From: Lama guanicoe | Lineage: Eukaryota | Assembly (NCBI GenBank): GCA_013239625.1 | Contig: MU054212.1 | Span: 4,560,270 to 4,624,269 of the forward strand | Direction: 5' to 3' | Length of the DNA: 64,000 nucleotides | Shown here: one piece after another, positions 13,073 to 24,415 of the stretch | Layout of the letters: every line of letters starts with the position of its first letter | How positions within the stretch are numbered: position 1 is the first letter of the stretch | The notes under the pieces: model-generated | What the model was told of the DNA's origin: nothing | The model's database searches: none | The model's input: only the letters and a program-made list of their open reading frames with translations | Program-made: the position numbers and the translations under genes

Positions 13073-13829
13073 TCAGCAATGGGGTTTTATCAGTTGAGGA
13101 TCTCTATTTTAGGGTCCTGCTCAGAGTGTAACACTGAGGCTTTGTAGACTTGAGGTTTTGGGGAAAGAAATTCAATAGGAATTTGTTAGTCAAGCTACCA
13201 TTTTTCTTTATTTTCAATATTAACCTGAATAAAGATGCAGATTTCCTTCCCTTTGGGTTGGGGCGATAAGTAATTATTTCTGCATTAAAGTATACGATAC
13301 AGAAAGAGTTCTGAGGCTTTTTAAGATAGAGCTCTTTCAGAGACGTTCTTTACTCACTTGTATCTATTCTGGATACCAGAAACTTTATTGCAATAAATTG
13401 GTGGATTCCATTCAATCTAGTTATCTACGTAGAATAATAAATACAGGTCTTTTTAAATTCAGAATTTCTATGTATATATGTATATTTGTCTGTAAGTATG
13501 TATATGTAAATACATATATAAGTATGCATATAAGTGTAAACATACAAATACAGGTCTATTTATTTAATTTTACATTTTGTTCCTTGGTGACAAGCAGAAA
13601 TATAGAATTTCTATCAAGTGATACAATGTGCTTCTAATATGAAAATCCTTGATTTATTTATTATTTGTCCTTGTGATTTTCTTCTGGGTGTCCAGTGACC
13701 CCCTTATCTCACGTAATTTTGGGCCTAAATGATCACTGGTAGATAAGGTTGTGAAATAGTTTTTCACTTTGCGACTACCATGCCTTGTCTGCACATTAAA
13801 CACTTGGGTTAGAACTAGGTGAGTATGAT

Positions 13830-14298
13830 GATGTTTTCAGGTAATGACTGCTGTATTTCAAACTAGCCCGAAATTAAGTGGCATAAAATAACTATTTTAC
13901 TACAGTTCACCAAGAATTAAGGGAGAATTCAGCTGGGAGAGTCTTCCCTTTCTTATTGTGGCAGGGTCTACGTTGGCTTAACTCACGTGTCTGGTTACTG
14001 GTGAAGATAACCAGACGGCGGGACTCAGTTCACTTTGGGGACCTGTGTGTGGCCTCCCCAGGATGGTGGTATATGGTTAGGGTGGCTAGACTTCTTACAT
14101 GGCTGTTGGTTTCACCCAGAGTATGCATAATAAGATGTCAGAGGGGAAGCTGAAAGTCCCAAAAGATCATTTCTGCCATGTTCTTTCGCCAAGCGAATTC
14201 GCAAGCCAGCCCTGATTCAAAGGAAGGTGAATTTTCCCTGTAATTCTCAATAGAAACAGCAGCAAATAACTTGTAGCCATCTTTAATCTACTACTACA
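13830..14298 (-). mobile_element. MaLR LTR, MLT1H-like
   Basis: The reverse complement of the right end reads 'tgtagtagtagattaaagatggctacaa' (MLT1H-like start). Internal 'agacttcttacatggc' and 'gccagccctgattcaaagg'. Confidence 0.8.
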
Positions 14299-15121
14299 AT
14301 AATAGTGCAAAATTAATTTTTCATATAACTATTCTACAGAGGGGTCCTGGTCAGTGTGTATCCGAGAAGTTATAAAAATCATAGAACCAGTCCTTCTAAA
14401 CTTTCGAATCTTAAAATATAAAAGTCAAATAGACCAACTATCCCGTCCTTATCGCCCCATCCTTTTCCTGCTTTTCAACTGGTATCTCTGTTAAAATCAT
14501 GTGTTTATTAAACCTGAAAATGTAAAGCTGTGAATGTGCATTTCACACTTTTATTTTTATTCTGACATTCTAAACATTTTCCTACAGAAAGTTTAAGAAT
14601 TGATCTTAAAAAAATTTTTAAATAAGTGAATTCAAAATAAACATGTATGAAAGATGTGGAAAGACAGAGAGTTTCCTATTAGTTCTATCAAGACTTTAGC
14701 CTCAAACTGTTCCCGTCTACCCCATGTGACAAACCCAAACTGACCAAGAAACAGCTAAACTGGAAGCCCAGGCTTGCCTCTTGGCACTTCATCCTGTGGA
14801 AAACGTCTATTTCCTCCTGCTTTCTGAGTATTTTCACAGTGAGCAGCATGGAGCTAGGTACTATTCCTTGCATAATAAAACGCAATCATTACAATTCTTA
14901 TCTTCTATTTTGACATCAAGACTAGATGTAAATTTAGTAATAGGATTATGTAAATGAGATAACATTTAGATCTGGAAACAATAGTAGAGATATCCTTTCT
15001 CATTTTACAGACATGGAAAGAAGGATAAGCATAGGGAACATGGAAACATAACAGCATGTAATCATTTTATGTAATAGATTATTATTACATTCTTAAGGTA
15101 CAAATTATTTATATGAATTAT

Positions 15122-15643
15122 TATATTAGTTATTTATTCCTGCACAACAAGTTATCCACAATTTAGCTGCTTAAGACATTGCCTATGTATTATTTCCCAC
15201 GTTCTGTGGCTCAGGAATCTGGGCACAGTTCATTTGGAAGGCTGCAATTAAGATTTTTGGCTTGCCACAGTCACTCAGGCAGAATGATTCACTTCCAAGC
15301 TCTCTCAGTGGTTACTGATAGGGGTCAATGTCTCCCAGGCGGTCGAACTGAGAGCCTTATGGCCTGGACGGCTATTGCTGGAAGCTGCTTCACTTCCTTG
15401 CCACTATGTCTCTCCATAGGACAGTTCAAAACACTACAGCTGACTTTATTGGAGTAAGTGAGAGAGAGCGCTGACAAAAAGTCAGTCTTTTATAACCAGT
15501 AGTGGAAGTGGCATCACGACTCTTTGCAGAGTTTTATTCATTGGAAGCAAGTCACCAGCTCACTCTCAAGGGGAGATTACCCAAGGGTATAGACACCCTG
15601 GGGCAGGGATCATGGGGAGCCATTTTAGAAGTTGTCCACCACA
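15122..15643 (-). mobile_element. MaLR solo LTR, MLT1F-like, with intact 5-bp TSD
   Basis: Runs 'tatattagtt...ttctgtggctcaggaatctgggcacag...gggatcatggggagccattttagaagttgtccaccaca'. Identical ATTAT flanks at 15117-15121 and 15644-15648. Confidence 0.88.
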
Positions 15644-16692
15644 ATTATGTACGTATTCAAAAATTTTAATTTACTTTTTCTAAAGAAATTATATTGTCAA
15701 CTTATGCAAGCTTAAGCTCACTTCTTGTCAGCCATTTTGACATATTTGAATCATGATCTATCAAGTATTTTAATAGATAAATGTAAATCTTCCTTCCTTC
15801 CTTCCTTCCTTTCTTTCTTTTCTTTATTTCTCTCCTTTTTTCTTTTTGTTTTTCTTTACTTAAAAAATACCAAAGCTAACTGAAAAAAATAAAGCTTTTG
15901 CATTATGATTGGCTTATAAAAATTGCAAAACCACCTGGAAAATAGTTTTAAATTTATTCTGAATCAGGTACTATAGAAGTCTTACCCTGCATTCTAAATG
16001 TGCTTGCATACATGTCTCAGAATACATAGCAGCTCTTTAGATTTATCAAGTGTTATTTAGGGCATGAGTAGAAAAATGTATAAATACAGTTCCAGGGAAG
16101 GGTACACATATGAAGGCTTAACTAAGTTGAAGTGTATGAAAGGCAAATCCTATAATAAGTTCTCTGTTTATTAAAATTAGCATGAGCAAGGTTTAAAGTA
16201 TAATTTGACATTTTTAGTAATTATTTAAAAGAAAGAAAGGTTTGCTTCTCTTAATACCATTTTATTAATTTCATGAGATATGCTGACAACAGGATATAGC
16301 ACAGATGGGAAATTCTCTGGTTTCTTTAAGTACAGGTGATGGTTTCTTGCCATTCTGACATGGTTGGCTGTCTTAGTGGCACGTTAAATGACATTTAATT
16401 TAATATGTTTTCTACCATTCTCCTTTTACTTTTTAAAATAAAGTCTGTAGTATTCTTTAATGACCATAAAGAAGCTGTTAGGACATATGAAGCCTGATGG
16501 AAAGTTTTTAAAATTTAAATATTATGGAGTATCTTTGTGTAAACATAATACTTTAAATATTTATATGGATTTACACATATAAATCTCATGTACTTTATAA
16601 AAAGCTAAAGATTTTATAACAAGTGTGATTTGTTTTCTTCCACTTTCTCTTCATGGACCTAATTTTCATTGATACTCATTTTTGAATTTCAG

Positions 16693-16874
16693 GGAGCTGC
16701 CGTCTTTCTAAGAAGTGGTCCTACAAGTTCACACATTCCAGAGAAAGAGACTCGCTCTTCAAAGGAAACAACTGCTGATGAAACTGCTGTGGTTATTGGG
16801 AGTGGAAAGACTATGTGGAGGAAAACAAAAATGCCAAGGCTCTACATGCAGACGTATTAGCTAATAACACTGCC
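16693..16874 (+). other. Candidate spliced exon (182 nt), probably non-coding (lncRNA/UTR)
   Basis: Branch-like CCTAAT (~16658-16663), pyrimidine-rich tract, acceptor 'tttgaatttcag|G' and donor 'GCC|gtaagt' (16875-16880). All three frames contain a stop codon. Confidence 0.35.
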
Positions 16875-17473
16875 GTAAGTCTTCTACAGATGATGTCCTT
16901 TATTACATGAGTTGATTTTATTTCACGCTACACTGAAAAGTAAACACTGGGGAGAATTGTCTGTGTTAAATACTGTCTGTGATAAGTAATAAGCAGAGTT
17001 TATAAATCTTGGGCTTTTATAATGTTTTTATGAAGGTGAGTTTTAAAATATTTTATTCACGTATGACACTATCCCTAGTTAGAAACTATTTCTAGCTCAA
17101 TGTAAATTAAGCATTTAAAAAATGCTTACATGTATTTTTAAAGTGCATTTATGAAAAAGCTCAGCACAAATCAAAATATCTGATTACTGCTCAGAGGATT
17201 CTGTATCTATATGAACAGTCAAACAGCATGGGCTTATCTGTATCAATATTAGTCTAATTTCACTAACTTATAAAGTAAATAGCATTTAAATCTTTGTTTT
17301 CTTTTTATAGATGTGTTGGTGGTATGAGCTATTCCATGTAAATATGGTGGTGTAACTCTGATTTCTCCAATTAGTTGCTGTTGTCATCACTTCTCCAAGT
17401 GGTTAGATAATTCTATACTTTCATCTTCAAGTCTCCTCTTGATCTATTAATTACCCCCATCCTCTTATATAAA

Positions 17474-17778
17474 AATGTTTGTATGTGCAACCTCCATCCC
17501 CCTACAAATTAATGTGTTGAAGCCCTAACACTCAATGTGTCTATATTTGGAGATGGGACTTTTAAGGATGTAATTAGGGTCCAACAGAATTGAGGTTCCA
17601 TGTGATGACACAGTGAGAAGGTGGCCATCTACAAGCCAGGAGGAGAGCCCTCACAAGGAACCAAATTGGCTGGCACCTTGAACTTGGACTTCCAGCCGCT
17701 GGAACTGTGAGAAAATAATTTCAGTTGTTTAAGCCACCTGGTCTATGGTATTTTGCCATGGCAGCACAAGCTAAGACA
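17474..17778 (+). mobile_element. MaLR LTR, MLT1A-like
   Basis: 'gtgttgaagccctaacactcaatgtg...gagaaggtggccatctacaagccaggaggagagccctcac...ggacttccagcc...gaactgtgagaaaataatttcagttgtttaagccacc...gctaagaca'. Confidence 0.92.
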
Positions 17779-17922
17779 ATCCCTGTTGTCTCACTTAGTC
17801 CACAGGGGTGTCTCCAACTTCCAACCTGTGGAGCAAGAACTAGACAGGAAGATCAGTTAGTTTTGCCTTTCCTTCTCTGCTGCCATATGAATTCCTCAGT
17901 GCGGGGCAGCTCCTTGTCTACT

Positions 17923-17947
17923 GTTGTCATGGCAACCTGATTGACAG
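17923..17947 (+). promoter_or_regulatory. RFX X-box followed 1 bp later by a PBX-PREP/MEIS decamer
   Basis: GTTGTCATGGCAAC (17923-17936; 13/14 to the palindromic X-box GTTGCCATGGCAAC) then TGATTGACAG (17938-17947). Confidence 0.5.
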
Positions 17948-18984
17948 TGTCCCAAAGATTATAGTAATGGTGGTTCACACTTAAACCCCAAGGGATAGCT
18001 CTTGTGTTTTAGAGTTACACATCAACACATTTTTTTTTAATCTATCCCTGCTGCCCTGGGCAACCAAATCAGGAAGGATCTTTAAAAAAGGAATTAACAC
18101 TCTTCAAAGAACAATTAGGCCTCTGTAGTATTGTTCCCAGATCCCTAGTCCAAACACACTTTCTTTTCTCATGCTTAGTTCTTCATTGTATTTTCAACTT
18201 GATAGTCATGAAAAGAAATATAAAGCATGCCTTTTATTTAAAAATGGTACTTATAACTATTTTCAATGAGATAGATGACCTATAAAAAATGCTCAGATAA
18301 CTTTTGCAATATATATGTAAGTATAGGGAACTATATACACACACACGAACACATATATAGAGAGAGAAAGGTTAGAATATACATAAATTTTTAGAATATC
18401 TACTTATTATAGAATGGCTGGATATTTTTGGAGGTAAGAAAAAACATCATGATAGTCGTTTAAATGTATTCACTTCATACATAGATTATTACGTTAGAAG
18501 GATTTTAAAGGTGTAGGTTCACCAAATTACTCAGGAATATGTATTTCAGAGAATCACCAATGAAGAAGCAAAACTATCAGAAAGTTGAAATATACTAAAA
18601 CAAAGAGCAAAATAAGTATTTCTTGAATGAAGTTGAATTTGGCTTATACTGTTCTGGGAATATTATAACACGACCAAGTTAAACGACACTTACTAGTGTA
18701 TTTGAAGAACTAGGACTTCTTAAATTCTAATGCTGGTCTCTCTGGCCTAGACTAAAACATAAATGTCAATCAGAAGATGAAGTGAGAAGATGATGTGGAA
18801 ATACATATGTCAGACGACATCCTTGAGCCCTGAACTGCCACTGTGAGGAATGTGAATAACCTGAGCCAGACATCTGAAGATTGAATGACCCTAGAAATCA
18901 TATTCATATAAAAAGAAAATCTTTCGTTGAATTTGTATTTGATTTTATAGGGTGAGTGAATTTCTACACAGACCATCTGCAGTG

Positions 18985-19195
18985 CAGCTCTGCTTGTGGA
19001 CTTCGGAGCCTTACAGATCTTTATAAAGATCCAACTTCTACCGTTTCTAATCGTGGAATTTAGGTTAATATTTTAATCTTTCTGACCATCAATTTACTGT
19101 CCTGTAAATTGGGAATTTTTGTACATATGTTGTGGAATTATGTTGACAATGAATGTGATAATGTATATAAAAAGTGTATGCCAAGGTAGATCCCC
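18985..19195 (+). mobile_element. MIR SINE, degraded
   Basis: 'ttttaatctttctgaccatcaatttactgtcctgtaaattggga...tgtgataatgtatataaaaagtg' follows the MIR core and 3' part. Confidence 0.6.
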
Positions 19196-19414
19196 AGAAA
19201 ATGACAGAAATCATTCCTAGATTGTCAAGAGCACCAATTTATTGCATCTGGTGTTTGTTTCTGAAAGGAAAGGCATACACTAATATCACACATCAGCATC
19301 CAGTGTCACTCTTGACTCTGGAGCATCCTTTCTGCACCCTCAGGCTGTAAGTTTTACAGGTCCAGGCTGCCACCTGACCCTGCACTGCCTGGTGGGGCTG
19401 GTAAGTCTAATTTG

Positions 19415-19510
19415 GGGGTCCAGGAAATCCTGTGGTATAATTCAGTCCAAGTCTGGTGGCCTGAGTGCCAGGGGAGCTGATGGTGTAGGTTCCCCAGGCT
19501 GAGTTTGAAA
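19415..19510 (-). mobile_element. MLT2 (ERVL LTR) fragment
   Basis: 'ccaggaaatcctgtggtataattcagtccaagtctggtggcctgagtgccaggggagctgatggtgta' matches an antisense MLT2 internal segment. Confidence 0.7.
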
Positions 19511-20489
19511 AATATAATTCCGTTTCCTCAAAAAGAGAAGAGAAATACTAGTTTTGTGTGCAATCAATATAAGTCTAGGAAAGATAAATTTCAGAGAAAC
19601 GCAGACTCCCAGATGAGTCTGATGCCCTTTTCCTTTCCTCTCTGGGACTGTGATTAACGAAAATGAAAATATTTCCAAGTTTCTCTTCTTCAATGAGAAA
19701 AAAAAGAGATTGGCCCAATTAAATCACAAAGGAAAACACTGTATTAAGAATCTGACTCCTATAGACCTGAGTGGGGCAGTTTACTCCCCTGTCACTGGTT
19801 GGCTGTTCGGATCTTGCCAAGATGCCCTCTTTCTGCAGCTGCGAGGTCTGGTTTTCCTGTATTCACGAGTACGGTCGGACAAAGGCTTGAGAATAGTCAG
19901 ACCCTGGGCAAGGAGAGAATGCTCCTGACAGTGGTTTGCAACAGAATCACTCTCAAAAGGGCTTTGTACAGTTCATGATCACTTATGTACTTGGACAGAA
20001 AAACATTATTTGGTGGAGTCTTCATGGATTTTAGGAGCAGAATCCTTTATTGGTCAAACGTGAAAATCGGGAAAACATCAAAGATAGGAGAAAGGATTTT
20101 TACAAAAATCTAAAAAATTTTTCTATTGGCTACACAAAATTGCTAAGTGAGTAAATCAGCAAGGCTAGTTGGACGAGGAAGGTGCTGGGAAGGTATCTAA
20201 AATATGCCAAAAGACAGGAGAAAACATCTTAGGATGAACAGTGAGTTTTCTTCTCCCACTGAAGAGCAAATTTTCTTCTGCTTTGGTGACGGGAACCAAA
20301 GCTGGTTTCTATGACTAAATGTAGAAATTATGTCACTGTGTTTATATAAAAAGGAAACAATACACTTTTCTTAGCTAATGTACACATATATACTATTTTA
20401 GCCATGGTAACTATGGTTTGATTTTGTTTTTGTGGTTTTTGAGAAATGCAGAGAATTTTAGTCTAGAAAATGGAATTAAGCTTCACAAA

Positions 20490-21050
20490 TTACTAGTGGG
20501 AATCAAATTATAATATCAACTCTCTAGAGGGGAATGAAACACTTGCATTTGCCTTTTGGCTTGGTGGTCCTACTTCTAGGAACTTATCCTACAGATATTC
20601 CTGGATACATGAGGCCTTTTATAGACACTCAAATGTGTGCTGCCATGTTGTTTGTTTTGGAAATTATTTTAAAAAGAAACAAACAAGAAAAAAACAAAAA
20701 CAAAAAAGAACCCACCAGATGTCCATTATAAGGCATTGGTTAAATAAACATATTGAAATACTATGTAGCTGTAGAAAAGAATAATGGCAAAGCATTATAT
20801 TTATAGAACTCATTCTTAACTGAAAATTCAAAGTTATTTACAGTGTATATAATAGCTTTGTTTTAAAATGTATGAGGAATGTATAATCATATTTGCTTGC
20901 TTTACATAGAAGAATTACATGGAAACATACATAGGAAACTAATGAATGATGTTCCTTACACTAATAGATTTTAAGGAACTTCTCAATACTTTATATCTTT
21001 ATTTTGTAGTTGTTCAAGCATGTAAGTTAAAGAATGAAATTTAAAAAAAA
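20490..21050 (+). mobile_element. Ancient LINE-1 3' end (L1MC/L1ME-type)
   Basis: 'cctacttctaggaacttatcctacagata', 'agatgtccattataaggcattggttaaataaac', 'aaatactatgtagctgtagaaaagaat', ending in an A-run near 21050. Confidence 0.75.
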
Positions 21051-22169
21051 TGAGAAGAGGGAAAAGAGGGGAGTTTGTAAATTAACTAGACTAACCTCTT
21101 TATTTACAAATATAGAGACTTAGGACCAACACAGATCATTTAAGCAAGTGTACACATCCTCTACTCCAACTGGGTCCTTTAGAGCAAGAACTATATCCAT
21201 TCATCTTTATCTTTCTAGTGGCCCTTATTAATGCACTGCTTTTACTCAGTAAACAGTAGCTGATTGTCATTTAAACATACGCTGACGGCTTATTTCAGTT
21301 ATTCATATCCTAAACTATTCTAGCGAAGGATCCATCTCTGTGACATGTCTTGTCATGATTGGCAAGCTTTCTTAATCAATACAGCTTATAATGGACTTAT
21401 GAAGATCAGGCATGGTTGGCTTCCATTTTGGCACATTTGAGTAATACCTTTTTTATCCACTCTACTGATTTTAAGCCTTGGCAATCTTAATCGCATGTCT
21501 GATTCACCTTTTCTGTAGCTTAATGCAGTATCAAATAGAAGACATAATGAGTGGAAATGTATTTGCGGGTACAAATGAGCCTCTAAATTATTATTCCATT
21601 CTATGACATTGGGTAGTTAAAATCTATTCCAATTAAACCCTTTGAGATAGTAATTTATGATGGAAAGACTGTGAATAGTTAAAAACAGTTAAATGTTCAG
21701 AGGCTTTATAAAAGCAGGTATGTCTAAAAGAGATTTCAGAATATCTACCAGAAAGAGAATCTGTCTGTGGTAGGACTTACTGGTAACATTGTTTGAAATA
21801 AAACATTTGTACATTTTTAAAAATTGCTAAATTATACACTAAATGATTAAGATCCTCATCTTTTGGAGAATAGTTAGATAACATTTCATACAAATCAATA
21901 TGGGTATGGTTAAGAGATTTAGCAGAGCTCCAAATATTTTCAAAATTTATGTAAAGTTTTTTTTTTGCATTTACATTTCTTTCTTGCTTCAAGTTTTGTT
22001 ACATATGTATTAAGTGTAACTAGTCAGGATGGGGGGAGTTTTGTTTAGTAGAAATATGACTAAATAAGATGAATTTGAAATTGTCTTATTTCTTTTAGAA
22101 AACTACTTAGAGCTGCAGATCCCAAAATGAATTCTAGGAAGTACTATGTTTATGTAAAATCTTAATACA

Positions 22170-22700
22170 GTCAATTAATATATATTTTCAGGGCCAACAA
22201 TGTGCCTGGTAGGAACAAAACAAAGCGCTTGTCCTTGTGGAAAGTGTGTTCTATTGAGGGACTGAGATCGCACACAAAGGAACAAGCATGTACATGGTAG
22301 GTCAGATTATGGTTAAGTGCTGGGAAGGAGAACTGGGCAGCCTGCAAGGATGCGGCACAAAGGTCTAAGGGTCTGCCATTCATACAGGATATCCAGGGAA
22401 GGCCTCTCAGAGAAAAGGGTATTTGAGCAGAGACGTAATGCAGCGCGAGAGAGGTGTGGCATACCCAGGAGCAGAGTGTTATTAGAAAAGCAAAGACAAA
22501 CTCAAAACCCATGAGGTGTTAGTGTCTTTGGAAAATTGTATGAAGGTCAAGGAGGCCAGTGTGGCTGGTAGGAGGGTAGAGGAATAAAAGATAAAGCCAA
22601 AGGCCTTTGGAGTGTGGGAGGTTTATGGACATGGTAAGGACTTTGGATTTTATTCCGAGAGTCACTGGAGGATTGTAAACAGAGGTGTAAAATGTCATTC
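22170..22700 (-). mobile_element. L2 LINE 3' region
   Basis: 'cagggaaggcctctcagagaaaagggtatttgagcagagac', 'aaggaggccagtgtggctgg' and 'catggtaaggactttggattttattc' are typical antisense L2 motifs. Confidence 0.88.
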
Positions 22701-22982
22701 AATAATTACTAGTCAATATTAGGTCTAATAATGTTAATTTTACATTAAATATATCTTAAAATATATCATTGGATGCAATGAATACTTATTGCAAGCTAAC
22801 CAGGTATCAAACTTTTAACATCTCTATTTCCCTTAGTGATTCTCTTGCTTTATTTTGGTTAATCTAAATGTACAGTATATTTCTCACTAATATTTTTATA
22901 AATACCTTGTACGTTTTCATGTGTTTCAAGGTAAAAATCCATTTGTGAAACTCTGGTCTAGAGAAATACTTTGCTTTTTTCC

Positions 22983-23975
22983 TTTCATTGAGCATCTACC
23001 ATGTGCCAGGTACAACTTTATTGATAGAATTAACAGAATATTTGCCTCTATTTTATTGATATTGACAGATTTCTTTAAACAAGAAAAAATGATAAAACAA
23101 TTTGAAAATAAAAGAAATTAAGTGCCTACTACATGTTAGAGAGACAACTCCAAATATTAAGGGATCAACAAAGATCTGAGAAAGAGAAGATTTCACAGTA
23201 GGGCTCCTAGAAATTCAACATCTAGCTAAGTTTAGGTAAGCAAATGGGAGCTTTAGGGATGGACAGACCAGGTGAGCGCATTACAGTGGTGGGAATAGCC
23301 TGTGTAATCACACTGATCTATGAGTCTGGAGACCTCTAAGTAGCTACGTTCAAATATTCAATTGTCTTTTTCACCTACTAAATGTACAGCAGCCAGGAAT
23401 AAGACAGTAGGGAGTGGTAGGGCCTACAGTGAACCAGAAGATTCATGGACATCTTAGATAAATATAAATGTATGTGTTGCTACACACACACACACACACA
23501 CACAAACGCACATGAATATGTCCACATATATACACCTTGCAATAATCAAACAAAACGCATCTTTAGGCCAGAATTAATAGACTTGCTAATTTGTATCACC
23601 AGCTTTGGTACAAAGTTTGAGAAAAGGAGTGACTAGTAATAGGTTGGTAGGTAATGATTATGTGAAATTTGGAACCTAGGAAACCATCAACATGGGGCTG
23701 TTTTGGAGAGCCACATTTGGTGACTACGTAAAGGATACACTGGAAGGAGGAATGAGGAGAACTGTTAGGTTCTACTGGGACAGTTCAGTGAAAGGACGGC
23801 AAACTTACAAATGCGATAGTAAGAGAATATTGAATAGATTTGTGTCACTTTATGGAGGTCTCATTGACAGGATTTGCTAACTAATTATAAGTGAGAGATG
23901 ATGAGTACAGGAAATATAGGGTGAGTGAATTTTCTGATGTGGACACCTAGGTGGGTGGTAACAACAGAAAGAAGG
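22983..23975 (-). mobile_element. Fragmented older L2 pieces, with a (CA)n at ~23482-23503
   Basis: 'cattgagcatctaccatgtgccagg', 'gggaatagcctgtgtaa', 'attgacaggatttgctaactaatt'. Confidence 0.55.
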
Positions 23976-24289
23976 AAAGAGCTCTCGGAAGGCGATCAGA
24001 GTTACGGAGAGCAAACATGAGTCTGGCTGTCTCTTACCTGCTCCCAGAATGCACAACTCCTTGTCTAGATCTTCCAGCATTACATTTGGTTTTAATAAAT
24101 ATTTATGATACTAGACTACACTTGTTACTATAAATATCACAGTATTTGAGATTTGTAGTATCAAAATAGTATAGATTATAAAATTGGCAACTTTTCAAAT
24201 TCTGAAACTGAATAAACTTCAAAGTACGATTTTATACAATGCCCCTTGAGAAAGTTCGTAAGAGTTGAGATAATGAAAAGCTTTAGTAC

Positions 24290-24415
24290 AGGAATGGAGA
24301 AGTATCCTTGGAACTTATCAAAGCCAATGCACTTGTTTTATAGATAAGAAAGCCAAGACACAAAGATATTCAGGTGATTGCCCAAGACTGGATAATTATT
24401 TGGTAGCAGAATCAT
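24290..24415 (-). mobile_element. MIR-family SINE fragment
   Basis: 'ttttatagataagaaagccaagacacaaagatattcaggtgattgcccaagac' is the antisense MIR core. Confidence 0.65.

Noticed and set aside
19660..20000. Possible old MaLR (MLT1J/K-like) fragment
   Set aside because: Resemblance too faint to assign a family or boundaries by eye.
18946..23931. 18-mer tatagggtgagtgaattt shared by ~18946 and ~23914
   Set aside because: Similarity does not extend and the second copy lies within an L2 remnant. The tag-g-gtgagt spacing does not fit a recursive AG|GT splice site. Treated as coincidence.
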